DNA of 63,069 nucleotides, filler included, from Licmophora abbreviata (taxonomy: Eukaryota), in assembly GCA_900291995.1 (NCBI GenBank). It is 16 parts of 16 records of this genome, joined end to end, with 100 filler letters (N's around TTAATTAATTAA, not from the genome) between each part and the next. Parts side by side here need not be neighbours in the genome. Positions count along the whole stretch, not along the records: positions 40,629 to 41,692 come from OLMU01005138.1; positions 41,793 to 43,965 come from OLMU01005139.1; positions 44,066 to 45,888 come from OLMU01005140.1; positions 45,989 to 47,009 come from OLMU01005141.1; positions 47,110 to 50,733 come from OLMU01005142.1; positions 50,834 to 53,931 come from OLMU01005143.1; 10 more parts are not named here. The stretch is one strand, 5' to 3'. Below the pieces are notes generated by a model that saw only the letters and a program-made list of their open reading frames with translations, made no database searches and was not told where the DNA came from. The position numbers and the translations under genes were made by a program. This document shows positions 41,111-51,753 of this stretch, piece by piece; the first letter of the stretch is position 1; each line of letters begins with the position of its first letter.

Positions 41111-42483
41111 ATGCCGGACGGAAGAAATGCGTCACCGACATCGCGACGCAGCGTCGTGGTTCAGGAATTCACCAACAGTGTTCTCGATCCCGATGCGCCG
41201 ATGCTCGGCCCGGTCGAGAATGGCGGCACCATCATCGCCAACACCGCGCCGGGATGCTGGGGGCCGATGATCACCCCCCGCCTGCGCGGCGGGCACGAGG
41301 TCACGAAACCGATCTTCGTGGAAGGCGCCGAGGTGGGCGATGGCGTCGCGATCCGCATCCGCGACATCACCGTGACCTCGATCGCCACCGCATCCGGGCA
41401 CGACAGCTCTCCCGAGGGGTTCTGTCTGGGCGATCCCTATGTCGCCGCGCGCTGCCCGACCTGCGACACCGTCTGGCCCGAGACGCATATCGAAGGCAGC
41501 GGACAGGAGTCGGTCAAATGCGACGTCTGCGGCAATGCCGTCAAACCCTTTGAAATCGTGCACGGCTATACCGTCACCTTCGACGACACGCGCAGCGTGG
41601 GCCTGACCCTGCCGCACGAGGCCGCCGAAACCATCGCCGCGCAGGCCGATCATTACTCGGCACTGCCCGACGAAAGCCGCCAGCATTCGATCNNNNNNNN
41701 NNNNNNNNNNNNNNNNNNNNNNNNNNNNNNNNNNNNTTAATTAATTAANNNNNNNNNNNNNNNNNNNNNNNNNNNNNNNNNNNNNNNNNNNNCTTCATGG
41801 GTCAGCTTGGCACCTGCCCCTCCATGCCGATGCCCGACAGCCACAACGCCGGCGATTTCGGCGCCTTCCTTGTCGGTGCGCCGCATGACTATGGCATCAC
41901 GGTCGAACAGCTCAACGAGCACAAGACCGACGGCCATATGGATATCGACGCGGTGCGCGCCGGCGCGATCCTCGTCTGCCCGGTCAAGGTGCCGGGGGCC
42001 GGGGTCTATATGGGCGACATGCATGCCGGTCAGGGCGATGGCGAAATCGCGGGCCACACTATGGATGTGTCGGGCAGCGTCACCCTTCAGGTCGAGGTGG
42101 TGAAAAACTACCCGCTAGATGGACCTGTGCTCTTCCCGCTCGAAGAAGACCTCCCGCCCCTCGCCAAACCCTTTACCGAGGCCGAAAAAGCCAAGGGCCA
42201 GCGGCTTGCCACGAAATGGGGCGTGTCACGGATCGAACCGCTTGCGCCCGTCTCGGTGATCGGCACGGCGGCCAACCTGAACGAGGCGATCGAGAACGGG
42301 CTGGCGCGCGCCGCCAAGCTGCTGGACATGACCGTGGCCGAGGTGCGCAACCGCGCCACCGTGAACGGCGCGATCGAAATCGGCCGCGCGCCGGGGGTCA
42401 TTCAGGTCACGTTCCTCGCGCCCTTGGCCAAGCTGGATGCGGTGGGTCTGGGCGATTACGCGCGCGAGCAATACGGGCTGTGA
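41111..42483 (+). CDS. Acetamidase/formamidase family protein with a CxxC...CxxC insertion (spans a gap)
   Basis: GGHEVTKPIFVEGAEVGD, DGHMD and GDMHAGQGDGEIAG motifs, plus CPTC and CDVC. Confidence 0.88.
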
Positions 42484-42547
42484 TCGGCGCCTGACCATGT
42501 GAAACCAGCTGGGGCGCGGACCGGGACCACCGGCGCCGCGCCCCTCG

Positions 42548-43606
42548 TCATTCGTAGCCGGTCATTTCCAGATAGCCCCGCCCCGCATGGCTGCCCGAAA
42601 CCACCACGGGGCCTTCCCAATAGGGCACGCTGGTGTGCATCCATGCATCGGGGTTGATCGCCCCCACCTCGACATCCACGCCATAACCCGGCACCTGCAG
42701 GCGCCAGCGCGTCGGCACATCGCGCCCCGCGACGCGGGTCGTCTCCAGCGGGCTGGCGATCACCTCTCCGTCCTGCAAGGCACGGGTCGCCCCATCCGGC
42801 CCGATCCATGTGCCGGAACTGAATGCCGTGCCATCGGTTTGACGCAGCTGGAATCCCATCAGCTTGTCACCATCCTCGAACGTCAATGAAAACCAATCCC
42901 ACCCGGTTTGATCCTGGGCCAGCGGCTGCGACGACCATTCCCGATCCAGCCAGGCAGTGCCGGTGACCGGCACCACGCCCTCGGGCAGGGTCAACTGCCC
43001 GGAGATGCGGAAAAACGGCTGCGAGTAGTAATAACTCGCCTGTCCCGCCGCCGATTTGACCGAATAGCCGCCATCGCCGTGAAACACCAACGGCCCCTCG
43101 GCCTGCAACCGCATGTCATAGGCAAAATCATCGCCCGTCGCCATCAGCGTCACATCCTCCAGCGTCTCGCCCGCCATGCGCCAATCGTCGATCCACGCCT
43201 CGAACGGCGCCGCCGTGACCCCGGCCTGACCGATGCCGCCACGGGCGAAACGTTCGGCGCTGTGATGCGCCTGCGGTGTGGTGATCGCGGCATGGGCGAA
43301 CCAGACCTGCGGGCTGTCCCATCCCGGCCCTTCGCCGGGGGCCAGCGCCGAGCGAAAGAGCGTCCATTGCAACCCGTAGGCCGTCCCGTCAGGGCCGGCC
43401 AAATTGGCGGTCAGATACCACCATTCGATCCGGTAATCGGGATGCGGGCCGTGATCGTCTGGAAACACGAACTCCGGATCGGGCTGCGGCACGGCGAAAC
43501 CTTGCGCATCGCTGCCCATCCCGGCAAACCCCTGCGCAGGCGCCTGCACCGGACAGGCCAGCACCAGCACCAAAGCCAACAGCCATGCAAGACGATCACC
43601 CCTCAT
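42548..43606 (-). CDS. AttH/CrtC-like secreted lipocalin-fold protein
   Basis: FPDDHGPHPDYRIEWWY, SYYYSQP, WLDREWS, GWDWF, YWEG and GYLEMTGY motifs. Confidence 0.9.
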   Translation of the reverse strand: MRGDRLAWLLALVLVLACPVQAPAQGFAGMGSDAQGFAVPQPDPEFVFPDDHGPHPDYRIEWWYLTANLAGPDGTAYGLQWTLFRSALAPGEGPGWDSPQVWFAHAAITTPQAHHSAERFARGGIGQAGVTAAPFEAWIDDWRMAGETLEDVTLMATGDDFAYDMRLQAEGPLVFHGDGGYSVKSAAGQASYYYSQPFFRISGQLTLPEGVVPVTGTAWLDREWSSQPLAQDQTGWDWFSLTFEDGDKLMGFQLRQTDGTAFSSGTWIGPDGATRALQDGEVIASPLETTRVAGRDVPTRWRLQVPGYGVDVEVGAINPDAWMHTSVPYWEGPVVVSGSHAGRGYLEMTGYE

Positions 43607-46183
43607 GCGCGAACACCTTCAGCAGATGCGACGGCGGCGTGCGTGCCAGCCTGAGCGCGGGCCATGCGGCGGCGGCCATCGCAGCACACAGCGCAAGCGC
43701 CCCCAACACCGCGTAATCCAAGGGGAACAGGAACATCGGCAACCGCCAGCCAAACGCCTCGACATTGATGACCGCCAGCAGCATCCACGCCAGCGCCAGC
43801 CCCAAAGGCACCGCCACCATCAGCGTCAGCGCGGCAAGGATCACCGCGCGCCAAAGCTCCAGCCGGCCCAACTCGCGCCGGGTGAGACCAAGCGCCCAGG
43901 CCGGGGCAAGCTGCGGGATGCGCATCCCCGCCAGCGTCAGCAGGCTCATCAGGATGGCAAAGCCCNNNNNNNNNNNNNNNNNNNNNNNNNNNNNNNNNNN
44001 NNNNNNNNNTTAATTAATTAANNNNNNNNNNNNNNNNNNNNNNNNNNNNNNNNNNNNNNNNNNNNAGCGTGAGCACATTGAGCGCCGCCGTCACGGTGAA
44101 TGTCCGCTCGAAAACCCCCATGGAAAACGCCTTGAGCGCGGATTGATCGGTGATCTGCCCATCCTCCACGATCCCCGCATCGACCAGCGCATCCCGCAAG
44201 GCATCAGGTGCCTGTGTCCGAAGGCCGAACCGCGTCGCGCGCGTCTCGGGGAACAGTTCGCCAAACAGCCCTTCGCCGATCACCGCCTGACCGATCGGAT
44301 TGCCGTAATCGCTGACCACGCCCGCAATCGGCACCTCCCGCCCCGGCGCAAGGAGCAACCTGTCACCCGGCCACAGATCGGCACGGCGGGCCATCTGCTC
44401 GTTGATGATGACCGCCTCGCCCGCAGCTACCCGATCCCAGACAGCCCCGTCCTGCGCGATGAAGGTCCAGTTGTCGCGATAGGCCGGGCCGACGCGCACG
44501 CCAAGTATCTCGGCCGTCTGACCCGCAAGCCGCGTGTCGGCGGACAAGAGCGGAAGAACGCCCTCCGCGCGCCCGTCGACAAAGGACACAAGCGCCTCCG
44601 CCTGCGCCGCATCATCGGTGGCCACATAAAGCCCCGCGGTGAGCCGCTGATCCAGAAAGCCGGTAAAGGTCAGCCGGAAACTCGACACCATGGTCGACAC
44701 CCCGATATTCGCCGCCATCGCCAGCAACAGCGCCATCAGCGCAAGACTGAGGCCCGGCACCTGCTGGCGCGTGTCGGCCCAGAACCATTCCCACCGCACG
44801 GACCTTGCCCGGCGCTCGGCGACGGACAAAGCGCGATCCAGAACCAGCGGAAAAACCAAGGCCGCCCCGAACAGAAGACAGGCGACACCGGCAAACCCCG
44901 CGATCAGACCGCTGCCAAGCCACACCAGCCCCGCCGCCATCCCGAAAAGCCCCAGACCAGCCATCGCCAGCAGAGCATGACGCCGACCTGCCGCCATGCT
45001 CCATGCGCGCGCATCGCTATTGGCCAGCGCCGGCATCCGCGCGATCCGCCAGAACGCGCCCGACGCCGCAAGCCCCGTGCCCGCCAGTGCGATCCCCAGA
45101 CCCGACAGCCACCACGATGGCTCGAGGCTCAGCGCCCCCGACACCTGCGCGCCGTAAAGCCCCTCCAGCGTGGCTGCCACATCCGGCAGCAAGGCCGCCG
45201 CCAAAAGGTACCCCAGCACCACCCCGACAGCCCCCGCGATCAAGGCGATCACCGCCAGTTCCGCCGCCATCAGCCCCACCAGATGCCGCAGCGGCAGGCC
45301 CAGACTGCGCAGCGTGCGCACCATGCCGCGCCTTTGCTCGAACGCCAGACCAATCGCGCCATGCACGATGAAGATGCCCACCGCGAAACTCAGCAACCCG
45401 AACGCCGTGAGGTTAAGGTGAAAGCTGCCGGTCAGCTGCCCGATATCCGAGCTTTGCTGCGACGGGCGCAGCACCAGATCAGGCGCGATCTCGTCCAGCG
45501 GCGGCCGACCGCGCGGCTGGCTTTCGGCCAGCATCAGGCGGCTGAGCTCTTGCGGGCGATCCAGCAGGGATTGCGCGACGCCGATATCGGTCACCGCCGT
45601 GTCGGGCGCCAGCCCCGGATCGGCCACCACGCGCTGTGTCACGCTCCGCGCCAACGCCTCGGCGATATCCGGATGGGCAAAGATCAGCCGTTCGGACAGA
45701 AAGCTCTGCAAGGGCGCGTCACCGGCCTGCGTGATCGGCCCTGCCCCGCCGGGTGCGGTCAGCGGATCGATCCCGACGATACGCACCCGCTCACCCCCTG
45801 CGTCCAGACTGCCCTCGATCACCGGACCGACAAGCCAGCCCGCACGGCGCAAACTCACGAAACGGTGTTGTGCGATCGTATCACCGCTNNNNNNNNNNNN
45901 NNNNNNNNNNNNNNNNNNNNNNNNNNNNNNNNTTAATTAATTAANNNNNNNNNNNNNNNNNNNNNNNNNNNNNNNNNNNNNNNNNNNNCGGCACCAGCTG
46001 ATCGAACCGCCCCTCGCCCAACAGGGCCGCGGCCGCGTCATAGCTGCTGCGCGCCTGCGCATTCAGCGCCTGCACCCCCGACCAAAGCGCCGTGGCCAGC
46101 GCCAGCCCCGCCACCAGCGTAAAAAGCTGCAGCGGATTGCGCCGCCAATGCGACCAGAGCGCCTGACCCGCCGCCGCGATCAT
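43596..46183 (-). CDS. FtsX-like double-domain ABC permease (AttF/AttG-like), spans two gaps
   Basis: WSHWRRNPLQ, SFHLNLTAFGLL, MVSSFR, VFERTFTVT and INVEAFGW motifs. Confidence 0.88.
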
Positions 46184-46836
46184 TCCAACCGCCCCTGCCG
46201 CAGATGCAAGCGCCGTCCCGCCCGCGCCGCAAGCGCCGGGGAATGCGTCACCATCATCAGCGCAGCGCCCGTCTCGTGGACCAGTGCCAGCATTTCCTCG
46301 ATCACCACGGCGGCGGTGGTCTCGTCCAGATTGCCGGTCGGCTCATCCGCCAGCACAAGCCGTGGCCGGGCGGCCAGCGTCCGGGCGATGGCCACCCGCT
46401 GCTGCTGGCCGCCCGACAATTGCTCAGGGTATTTCGCCAGTTGCCCGCTCAGGCCCAAAGCCTCCGCCAGACGGTCGGCGCGGGCCTGATCGAAGCGCCC
46501 GGCAAGCCGGGCCTGAAAGCTGATATTCGCCGCAACACTCAGCGACGGGATCAGGTTGAACTGCTGGAACACCACTCCCACCGTGCCGCGCCGCAAGGCC
46601 GCGCGCCCGGTGTCATCAAGGCGCGTCACCTCCTGACCATCAAGCCGGATACTGCCGCCATCTGCCGTGTCCAGCCCGCCCACCAGATGCAGAAGCGTGC
46701 TTTTGCCCGACCCCGACTCGCCGGTCAGCGCAAGGGTTTCGCCCGCGTCCAGCGACAGGCTCACGCCGCGCAGCACCTCAGTCGGGCCTTCCGGCCCGGC
46801 ATAGGATTTCGTCAGATTGTCGATCTGCAGCAACAT
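46180..46836 (-). CDS. ABC transporter ATP-binding protein (LolD/AttE-like)
   Basis: GESGSGKST, LSGGQQQR and LADEPTGNLD motifs. Confidence 0.95.
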   Translation of the reverse strand: MLLQIDNLTKSYAGPEGPTEVLRGVSLSLDAGETLALTGESGSGKSTLLHLVGGLDTADGGSIRLDGQEVTRLDDTGRAALRRGTVGVVFQQFNLIPSLSVAANISFQARLAGRFDQARADRLAEALGLSGQLAKYPEQLSGGQQQRVAIARTLAARPRLVLADEPTGNLDETTAAVVIEEMLALVHETGAALMMVTHSPALAARAGRRLHLRQGRLE

Positions 46837-47113
46837 GGCGCCTCCGTCTGATGGGAAGCTATGCCATGCGCAGCGGATGAAAAGCCACAGGCGTCGAAAA
46901 TCCTTGATGCAGGTTTTCCGCGAAACGCTTTGCGTCTCAGCCTGCCATTCGCGTCACTGAATACGCGCGCGCAGCTTGTCGGTGCACAGCTCCATCAGCA
47001 GCACGATGGNNNNNNNNNNNNNNNNNNNNNNNNNNNNNNNNNNNNNNNNNNNNTTAATTAATTAANNNNNNNNNNNNNNNNNNNNNNNNNNNNNNNNNNN
47101 NNNNNNNNNCGCG

Positions 47114-47914
47114 TCACTGAATACGCGCGCGCAGCTTGTCGGTGCACAGCTCCATCAGCAGCACGATGGCGAAGATCGCAAGAATGATCATCGATGCGTT
47201 GCGATACTGAAAGAGATCGAACGCCACCTTGAGCTCCTGCCCGATCCCGCCAGCCCCCACCAGCCCCAGCACGACCGACGACCGCACCGCCTTTTCCAGA
47301 GCGAAGAGCGACGCGTTGATCAGCGACGGCATGATATCCGGCAGGATCGCCCCCACAAGGATCGAGCCGCGCCCCGCCCCGATGGCCGAAAGCGCCTCTT
47401 GCGGCTCCTTCTCGGCGTCCTCCATCGCCTCGGCGAAGAACCGGCCACAGAAACCGATGGTGTCGACCACGATCGTCATGGTCCCCGCCACGGCCCCCAG
47501 CCCGATCGAGGCCACGAAGATCAACGCCCAGACCAGATCGGGCACCGTGCGCAGGAACGACACGAACGCCTTGACCAGCACATTGCCGCGCCCAAGCGGC
47601 GACACGCCCCGCGCCGCACACCACGCGATCGGCAGGCTCAGCACGATACCGATGGCTGCACCAACCAGCGCGATCTGGAACGTCTCGAGGATGCGCAACC
47701 CGATCCGCGCCAAAAACGCCGGCTCGGTGTTGGGCGGCAGCATCCGCCCCACAAGATTGACCATCCCCGGCACACCATCGACCAATTGCTGCGGCGACGG
47801 CGCCACCTTGCCCATCGAGGCAAGGATCACCGCCCCCAAACCAACCAGAAGCGCAAAATTGAGCGGCGAAAACCCCGTGAAGCGGCCCGGCGCCTCCAAC
47901 CTGCGATCAGCCAT
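47114..47914 (-). CDS. phnE: Phosphonate/phosphite-type ABC permease
   Basis: ETFQIA, RTVPDLVWALIF and VRSSVVLGLVGAGGIG motifs. The 3' end is duplicated at 46950-47009 across the gap. Confidence 0.9.
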   Translation of the reverse strand: MADRRLEAPGRFTGFSPLNFALLVGLGAVILASMGKVAPSPQQLVDGVPGMVNLVGRMLPPNTEPAFLARIGLRILETFQIALVGAAIGIVLSLPIAWCAARGVSPLGRGNVLVKAFVSFLRTVPDLVWALIFVASIGLGAVAGTMTIVVDTIGFCGRFFAEAMEDAEKEPQEALSAIGAGRGSILVGAILPDIMPSLINASLFALEKAVRSSVVLGLVGAGGIGQELKVAFDLFQYRNASMIILAIFAIVLLMELCTDKLRARIQ

Positions 47915-48710
47915 CGAACGTATCCTTGAGATCGGCGCGCGTGACCTGTGCCGCAGGCCGGTCGAACAGCACCTTGCCGCCTTTCAGCGCCACGACGCGA
48001 TCCGCGTAATCCACCGCATGCGCCATGTCATGCGAGGTATAAAGCAGCGTGATGCCGTGATCCCGGCACAGCTGGGTGAACAATTCCATCACATTGCGCC
48101 CCGACACCGGGTCAAGACTGGCCGCAGGCTCATCCGCGATCAACAGGCGCGGACGGCGCACCAGCGCACGGGCAATCGCCACCCGCTGTTGCTGCCCGCC
48201 CGACAGCGCATCGGCGCGCTCCAGCGCCTTGTCGGCCAGATCGACCTCGGCAAGCGCCTGCATCGCGCGCGCGCGCCATTCGGGCGGCGCCAGAGAATGC
48301 GAAAACGCCCGCCAGCTTCCCGCATCCCCGAAAAGGCCATGAATGACATTGGACAGCACCGTGCGGCGCCGCACCAGACAGTGTTTCTGAAACACGAACC
48401 CGGTTTGCCGCCGCATGGCCAGCCGCTGTTTGCGGCTGCCGCGCGCATCCACCGGTTCGCCAAAACACTGCAGCGTCCCGCCCGAGATCGGATGCAACCC
48501 GATCAGGCTTTTCAGCAGCGTGGACTTGCCACTGCCGTTTGAGCCGATCAACGCAACCCGCTCGCCCGCCGCGATCTCCAGATCGACTCCGTCAAGGATC
48601 GTGCGGCGCCGGTCATAAGATTTGCACAGGCCACGCGCCGCGATCAGCGGGCCGGTCTGGGCCAGCAACGGCTGGGTGGCACATGGGCGGTCGGTCACAA
48701 GATCAAGCAT
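47907..48710 (-). CDS. phnC: Phosphonate-type ABC ATP-binding protein
   Basis: GSNGSGKST, LSNVIHG, RADALSGGQQQR and ADEPAASLDP motifs. Confidence 0.9.
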   Translation of the reverse strand: MLDLVTDRPCATQPLLAQTGPLIAARGLCKSYDRRRTILDGVDLEIAAGERVALIGSNGSGKSTLLKSLIGLHPISGGTLQCFGEPVDARGSRKQRLAMRRQTGFVFQKHCLVRRRTVLSNVIHGLFGDAGSWRAFSHSLAPPEWRARAMQALAEVDLADKALERADALSGGQQQRVAIARALVRRPRLLIADEPAASLDPVSGRNVMELFTQLCRDHGITLLYTSHDMAHAVDYADRVVALKGGKVLFDRPAAQVTRADLKDTFDG

Positions 48711-48742
48711 CGGTCCCCCGGGGGCTGGCTGGTCGGAATGGC

Positions 48743-48769
48743 AAAAGGCCGGGGGACGCCCCCCGGCCT
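48743..48769 (-). terminator. Stem-loop with U-tract between phnD and phnC
   Basis: GC-rich hairpin AGGCCGGGGG...CCCCCGGCC followed by TTTT on the minus strand. Confidence 0.6.
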
Positions 48770-48785
48770 CATCGCCTTGCAAGGC

Positions 48786-49643
48786 TCAGTTGCCCACGAA
48801 GTCGCTCGTATCGACACCGATAGTCGCGTACATCGAGCGCACGTAGTCATAATCGCTGTCATCGACCTGCGTCAGGAAGAACCCACCCTTGAACTTCTGG
48901 TTATCCTCGCCGGTCAGCACCGCCTGCATCAGCTCGGCGGAATGCTCGACAAAGGCGGCCTTGACGGCGGCGACGGCCTCCTGATCCATGTCAGAACGCG
49001 CCACAAGGATGTCGTTGGGCAGATCGCGGCCCCGCGCCACCACGGTGAAGGACATATCGGGGAACGCCTCGCGGATGCGACGCAGATGGCTTTCATTCAT
49101 GCCGACGGCCTGCACATCGCCACGGATCAGCGCCTCGACCGCCAGATTGCGCGAGATGATCTGCGGCTGGTAGTCGGTGTTGTAGGCCAGACCGAAATCC
49201 GCCAGAACCTGTGCCGGTCCAAGATGCTGCGAGGTCGACCCGACCGACCCGAAGGTCACGGTCTGGCCCTTCAGATCCTGCACCGACTTGATCGGACCAT
49301 CCGACAGGGTGACGATCTGCGCGAAATAGTTCGGGCGCTGCCATGCGGTCACGATCACCGCATCGGTCAGCTCCTTGATGACGACGTATTCGGCAGGGCC
49401 GGTCAGCACCAGATCGACCTTGTCCTGCTTCAGCGCCTCGACAGCGGCGGTGCGCGACGAGACCGGAAACAGATCGACCTCATAGCCGGTCAGCTCTTCG
49501 AGTTTGGCCTCGAACGCGCCGAACTCCTGTTGCAGGGCTTCAAGCCCTTCGATGTCGGTGACCGCGAATTTCAGCGGTTCGGCGATGGCGGGGGTGATGG
49601 CAGCGACGGAAACCGCGGCGGCGGCGAGCAGGGAACGGATCAT
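48786..49643 (-). CDS. phnD: PhnD-family substrate-binding protein
   Basis: Signal peptide, DLVLTGPAEY, GSTSQHLGP (a variant of STSG) and LPND. Confidence 0.88.
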   Translation of the reverse strand: MIRSLLAAAAVSVAAITPAIAEPLKFAVTDIEGLEALQQEFGAFEAKLEELTGYEVDLFPVSSRTAAVEALKQDKVDLVLTGPAEYVVIKELTDAVIVTAWQRPNYFAQIVTLSDGPIKSVQDLKGQTVTFGSVGSTSQHLGPAQVLADFGLAYNTDYQPQIISRNLAVEALIRGDVQAVGMNESHLRRIREAFPDMSFTVVARGRDLPNDILVARSDMDQEAVAAVKAAFVEHSAELMQAVLTGEDNQKFKGGFFLTQVDDSDYDYVRSMYATIGVDTSDFVGN

Positions 49644-49667
49644 TGAGCCTCTCCAAGATGTCCAGAG

Positions 49668-49679
49668 TTGTGTATACAG
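49668..49679. promoter_or_regulatory. Putative HutC/PhnF-type GntR operator
   Basis: TTGTGTATACAG resembles the TGTATATACA palindrome of HutC-subfamily regulators. It lies in the divergent phnD-phnM spacer. Confidence 0.45.
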
Positions 49680-49712
49680 GAACGTCACACAAGCGATGCA
49701 TAAGGGATTCGA

Positions 49713-49730
49713 TTGACACTTTCGTGACAC
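49713..49730 (-). promoter_or_regulatory. Putative Pho box
   Basis: The minus strand reads GTGTCAC-GAAA-GTGTCAA, two TGTCA units 11 nt apart and oriented toward phnD. Confidence 0.65.
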
Positions 49731-49746
49731 GGAGACCAAAGACCCC

Positions 49747-50961
49747 ATGACCAATGCCTGGACCCTCACCGGCGGCGAAACCTTGCTGCCCGACGGCTTC
49801 ACCGATACCGATCTGCACCTGTCCGGGGGGCGGATCACTGCGGACAGGCCCGATGACGCACAGAGCTTCGATGCAAGCGGCGCGTGGATCCTGCCCGGCA
49901 TCGTCGATCTGCATGGCGACGGGTTCGAATCCATCGTGCAGCCCCGCCCCGGCGTGCATTTCCCCCATGCCCTCGCCTATGCCGAGGCCGATGCCCAGAT
50001 GATCGCCAACGGGATCACCACCGGCTATCACGCGCTGACCGTGTCTTGGGAACCGGGCCTGCGCGATATCGCGATATCGCGCGCGCTGGTCGCCGCGCTC
50101 AATGATATCGCCCCCCGCCTTGCCTGTGACACGCGGCTCAATATCCGGTGGGAAACCTTCGCGATCGACCATGTCGACGAGGTGATCGACTGGCTGGCCG
50201 CGCGCCCCGGCGACATCCTGTCGCTCAACGATCACACCACCGCCAACCGCGCGCTCGACGACGACAGCGCCAAGCTCAAGCGGATGGCGTCCCGCATGCA
50301 TCTCTCCCCCGCCGACGCCAAACGCGAGATCAACCGCATCTGGGACCGCCGCACCGAAGTGCCCGCCGCCACCGACCGTCTCTGCCAAAGCGCCACGGCA
50401 CTTGGCCGGCCCGTCATGTCGCATGACGACATGAGCGTCGAAGACCGGCTGACGGGGCGCGCGCGCAATGTCACCATCGCCGAATTCCCGATGTCCGCCG
50501 ACGCCGCAGGTGCGGCGCGCGATGCGGGCGAACATGTGATCCTCGGCGCGCCCAACGCGCTGCGCGGCGAAAGCCATAACGGCGCGCTCTGCGCCACGCA
50601 GGCCATTGCCGCGGGGCTCTGCACCGTTCTGGCGTCGGACTATTACTACCCGGCCCCGTTCCATGCGGTCTTCCGCCTGCACGATGCCGGGGTGCTGCCT
50701 CTGGCCCAAGGCTGGGCGCTGATCTCGGCCAATNNNNNNNNNNNNNNNNNNNNNNNNNNNNNNNNNNNNNNNNNNNNTTAATTAATTAANNNNNNNNNNN
50801 NNNNNNNNNNNNNNNNNNNNNNNNNNNNNNNNNCGGTCGGGCTGCAGGATCGCGGCACGCTTGCCGCCGGTCAGCGCGCCGATCTGCTTGTGGTGGACAA
50901 ACAGACGCGTCACATTCGGGCGGTCTTCGTGAAGGGCAGAAAGGTTCTGGATCGTGGCTGA
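49747..50961 (+). CDS. phnM: PhnM-family amidohydrolase (ribose 1-methylphosphonate 5-triphosphate diphosphatase-like), spans a gap
   Basis: LPGIVDLHGD, GITTGYHA, NDH, SHDD, AEFP, GAPN and LASDYY motifs, then DRGTLAAGQRADL after the gap. Confidence 0.9.
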
Positions 50962-51742
50962 AGCATCTGTCGCCCCAAGAAACACCCCCTCCCTCCTTAC
51001 GCTGGCGCAACGGCCCTATGAGGCCCGCGCGCTGCGCCCGATCTGGCTGCAGATCTACGACAGGCTGTCCGAGGCCATCGACAGCGGCCTTGTCGCACAG
51101 GGCGCCAAACTCCCCGGCGAAGTGCAATTGGCCGAAATGTTCCGCGTCAACCGCGTCACCATGCGCCGCGCACTGGCCCTGCATCAAAGCGAAGGCAAGC
51201 TGCAGGCCCGCAAGGGCGTCGGCATCTTCGTGCGCCAGACGCCCCGCGCCTTCGTGATCCAGAACGACATGCGGTTTTCCGACTCGCTGATCGGCTGCGG
51301 GCAGGACGTGACCACGCGCACCCTGCGCCTCGAACGCGCAGCACCCAGCCCCGAGGCCGCGCGCCTTTTTGGGCTGTCACAGCGCGACAAGGTGATCGTG
51401 CTGCACCGGATGCGGCTGCTGGATGGCGCCCCGATCTATTTCACCCGCAAGGAGTTGCCCGCCAATCTCTTCCCCGATTTCGAACGGCTTTACGAGCGGC
51501 TGCAATCCGTCAGCGCGGTCTACAAGGCGTCGGGCATCCCGTGGTTCCGCCGCGCCGAAACCCGGGTGCGCGGCGGGCTGGCCACACCGGACGAGGCCGA
51601 GATCCTCGGCATCAACGCCAAGACCCCGGTGCAGCACGTCACCGCGATCAACCGCACGGCGGATGGCGCGGCTATCGAATACAATCGCGGGTGTTGGGCC
51701 ATGGCCAGCGTGGAATTCGTGTTCGTCTCGCCCGAAGGCTGA
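50954..51742 (+). CDS. phnF: PhnF-like GntR/UTRA regulator
   Basis: WLQI...LPGEVQLAEMFRVNRVTMRRAL...GVGIFV followed by a UTRA-type C-terminus. Confidence 0.85.
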   Translation: MAEASVAPRNTPSLLTLAQRPYEARALRPIWLQIYDRLSEAIDSGLVAQGAKLPGEVQLAEMFRVNRVTMRRALALHQSEGKLQARKGVGIFVRQTPRAFVIQNDMRFSDSLIGCGQDVTTRTLRLERAAPSPEAARLFGLSQRDKVIVLHRMRLLDGAPIYFTRKELPANLFPDFERLYERLQSVSAVYKASGIPWFRRAETRVRGGLATPDEAEILGINAKTPVQHVTAINRTADGAAIEYNRGCWAMASVEFVFVSPEG

Positions 51743-51753
51743 CGCGCCCACAA

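Noticed and set aside
13640..47169. Direct repeats flanking gaps (13640-13671/13772-13803, 29302-29343/29444-29485, 46950-47009/47110-47169)
   Set aside because: These are unmerged contig-end overlaps, not target-site duplications. They support physical continuity across those gaps.
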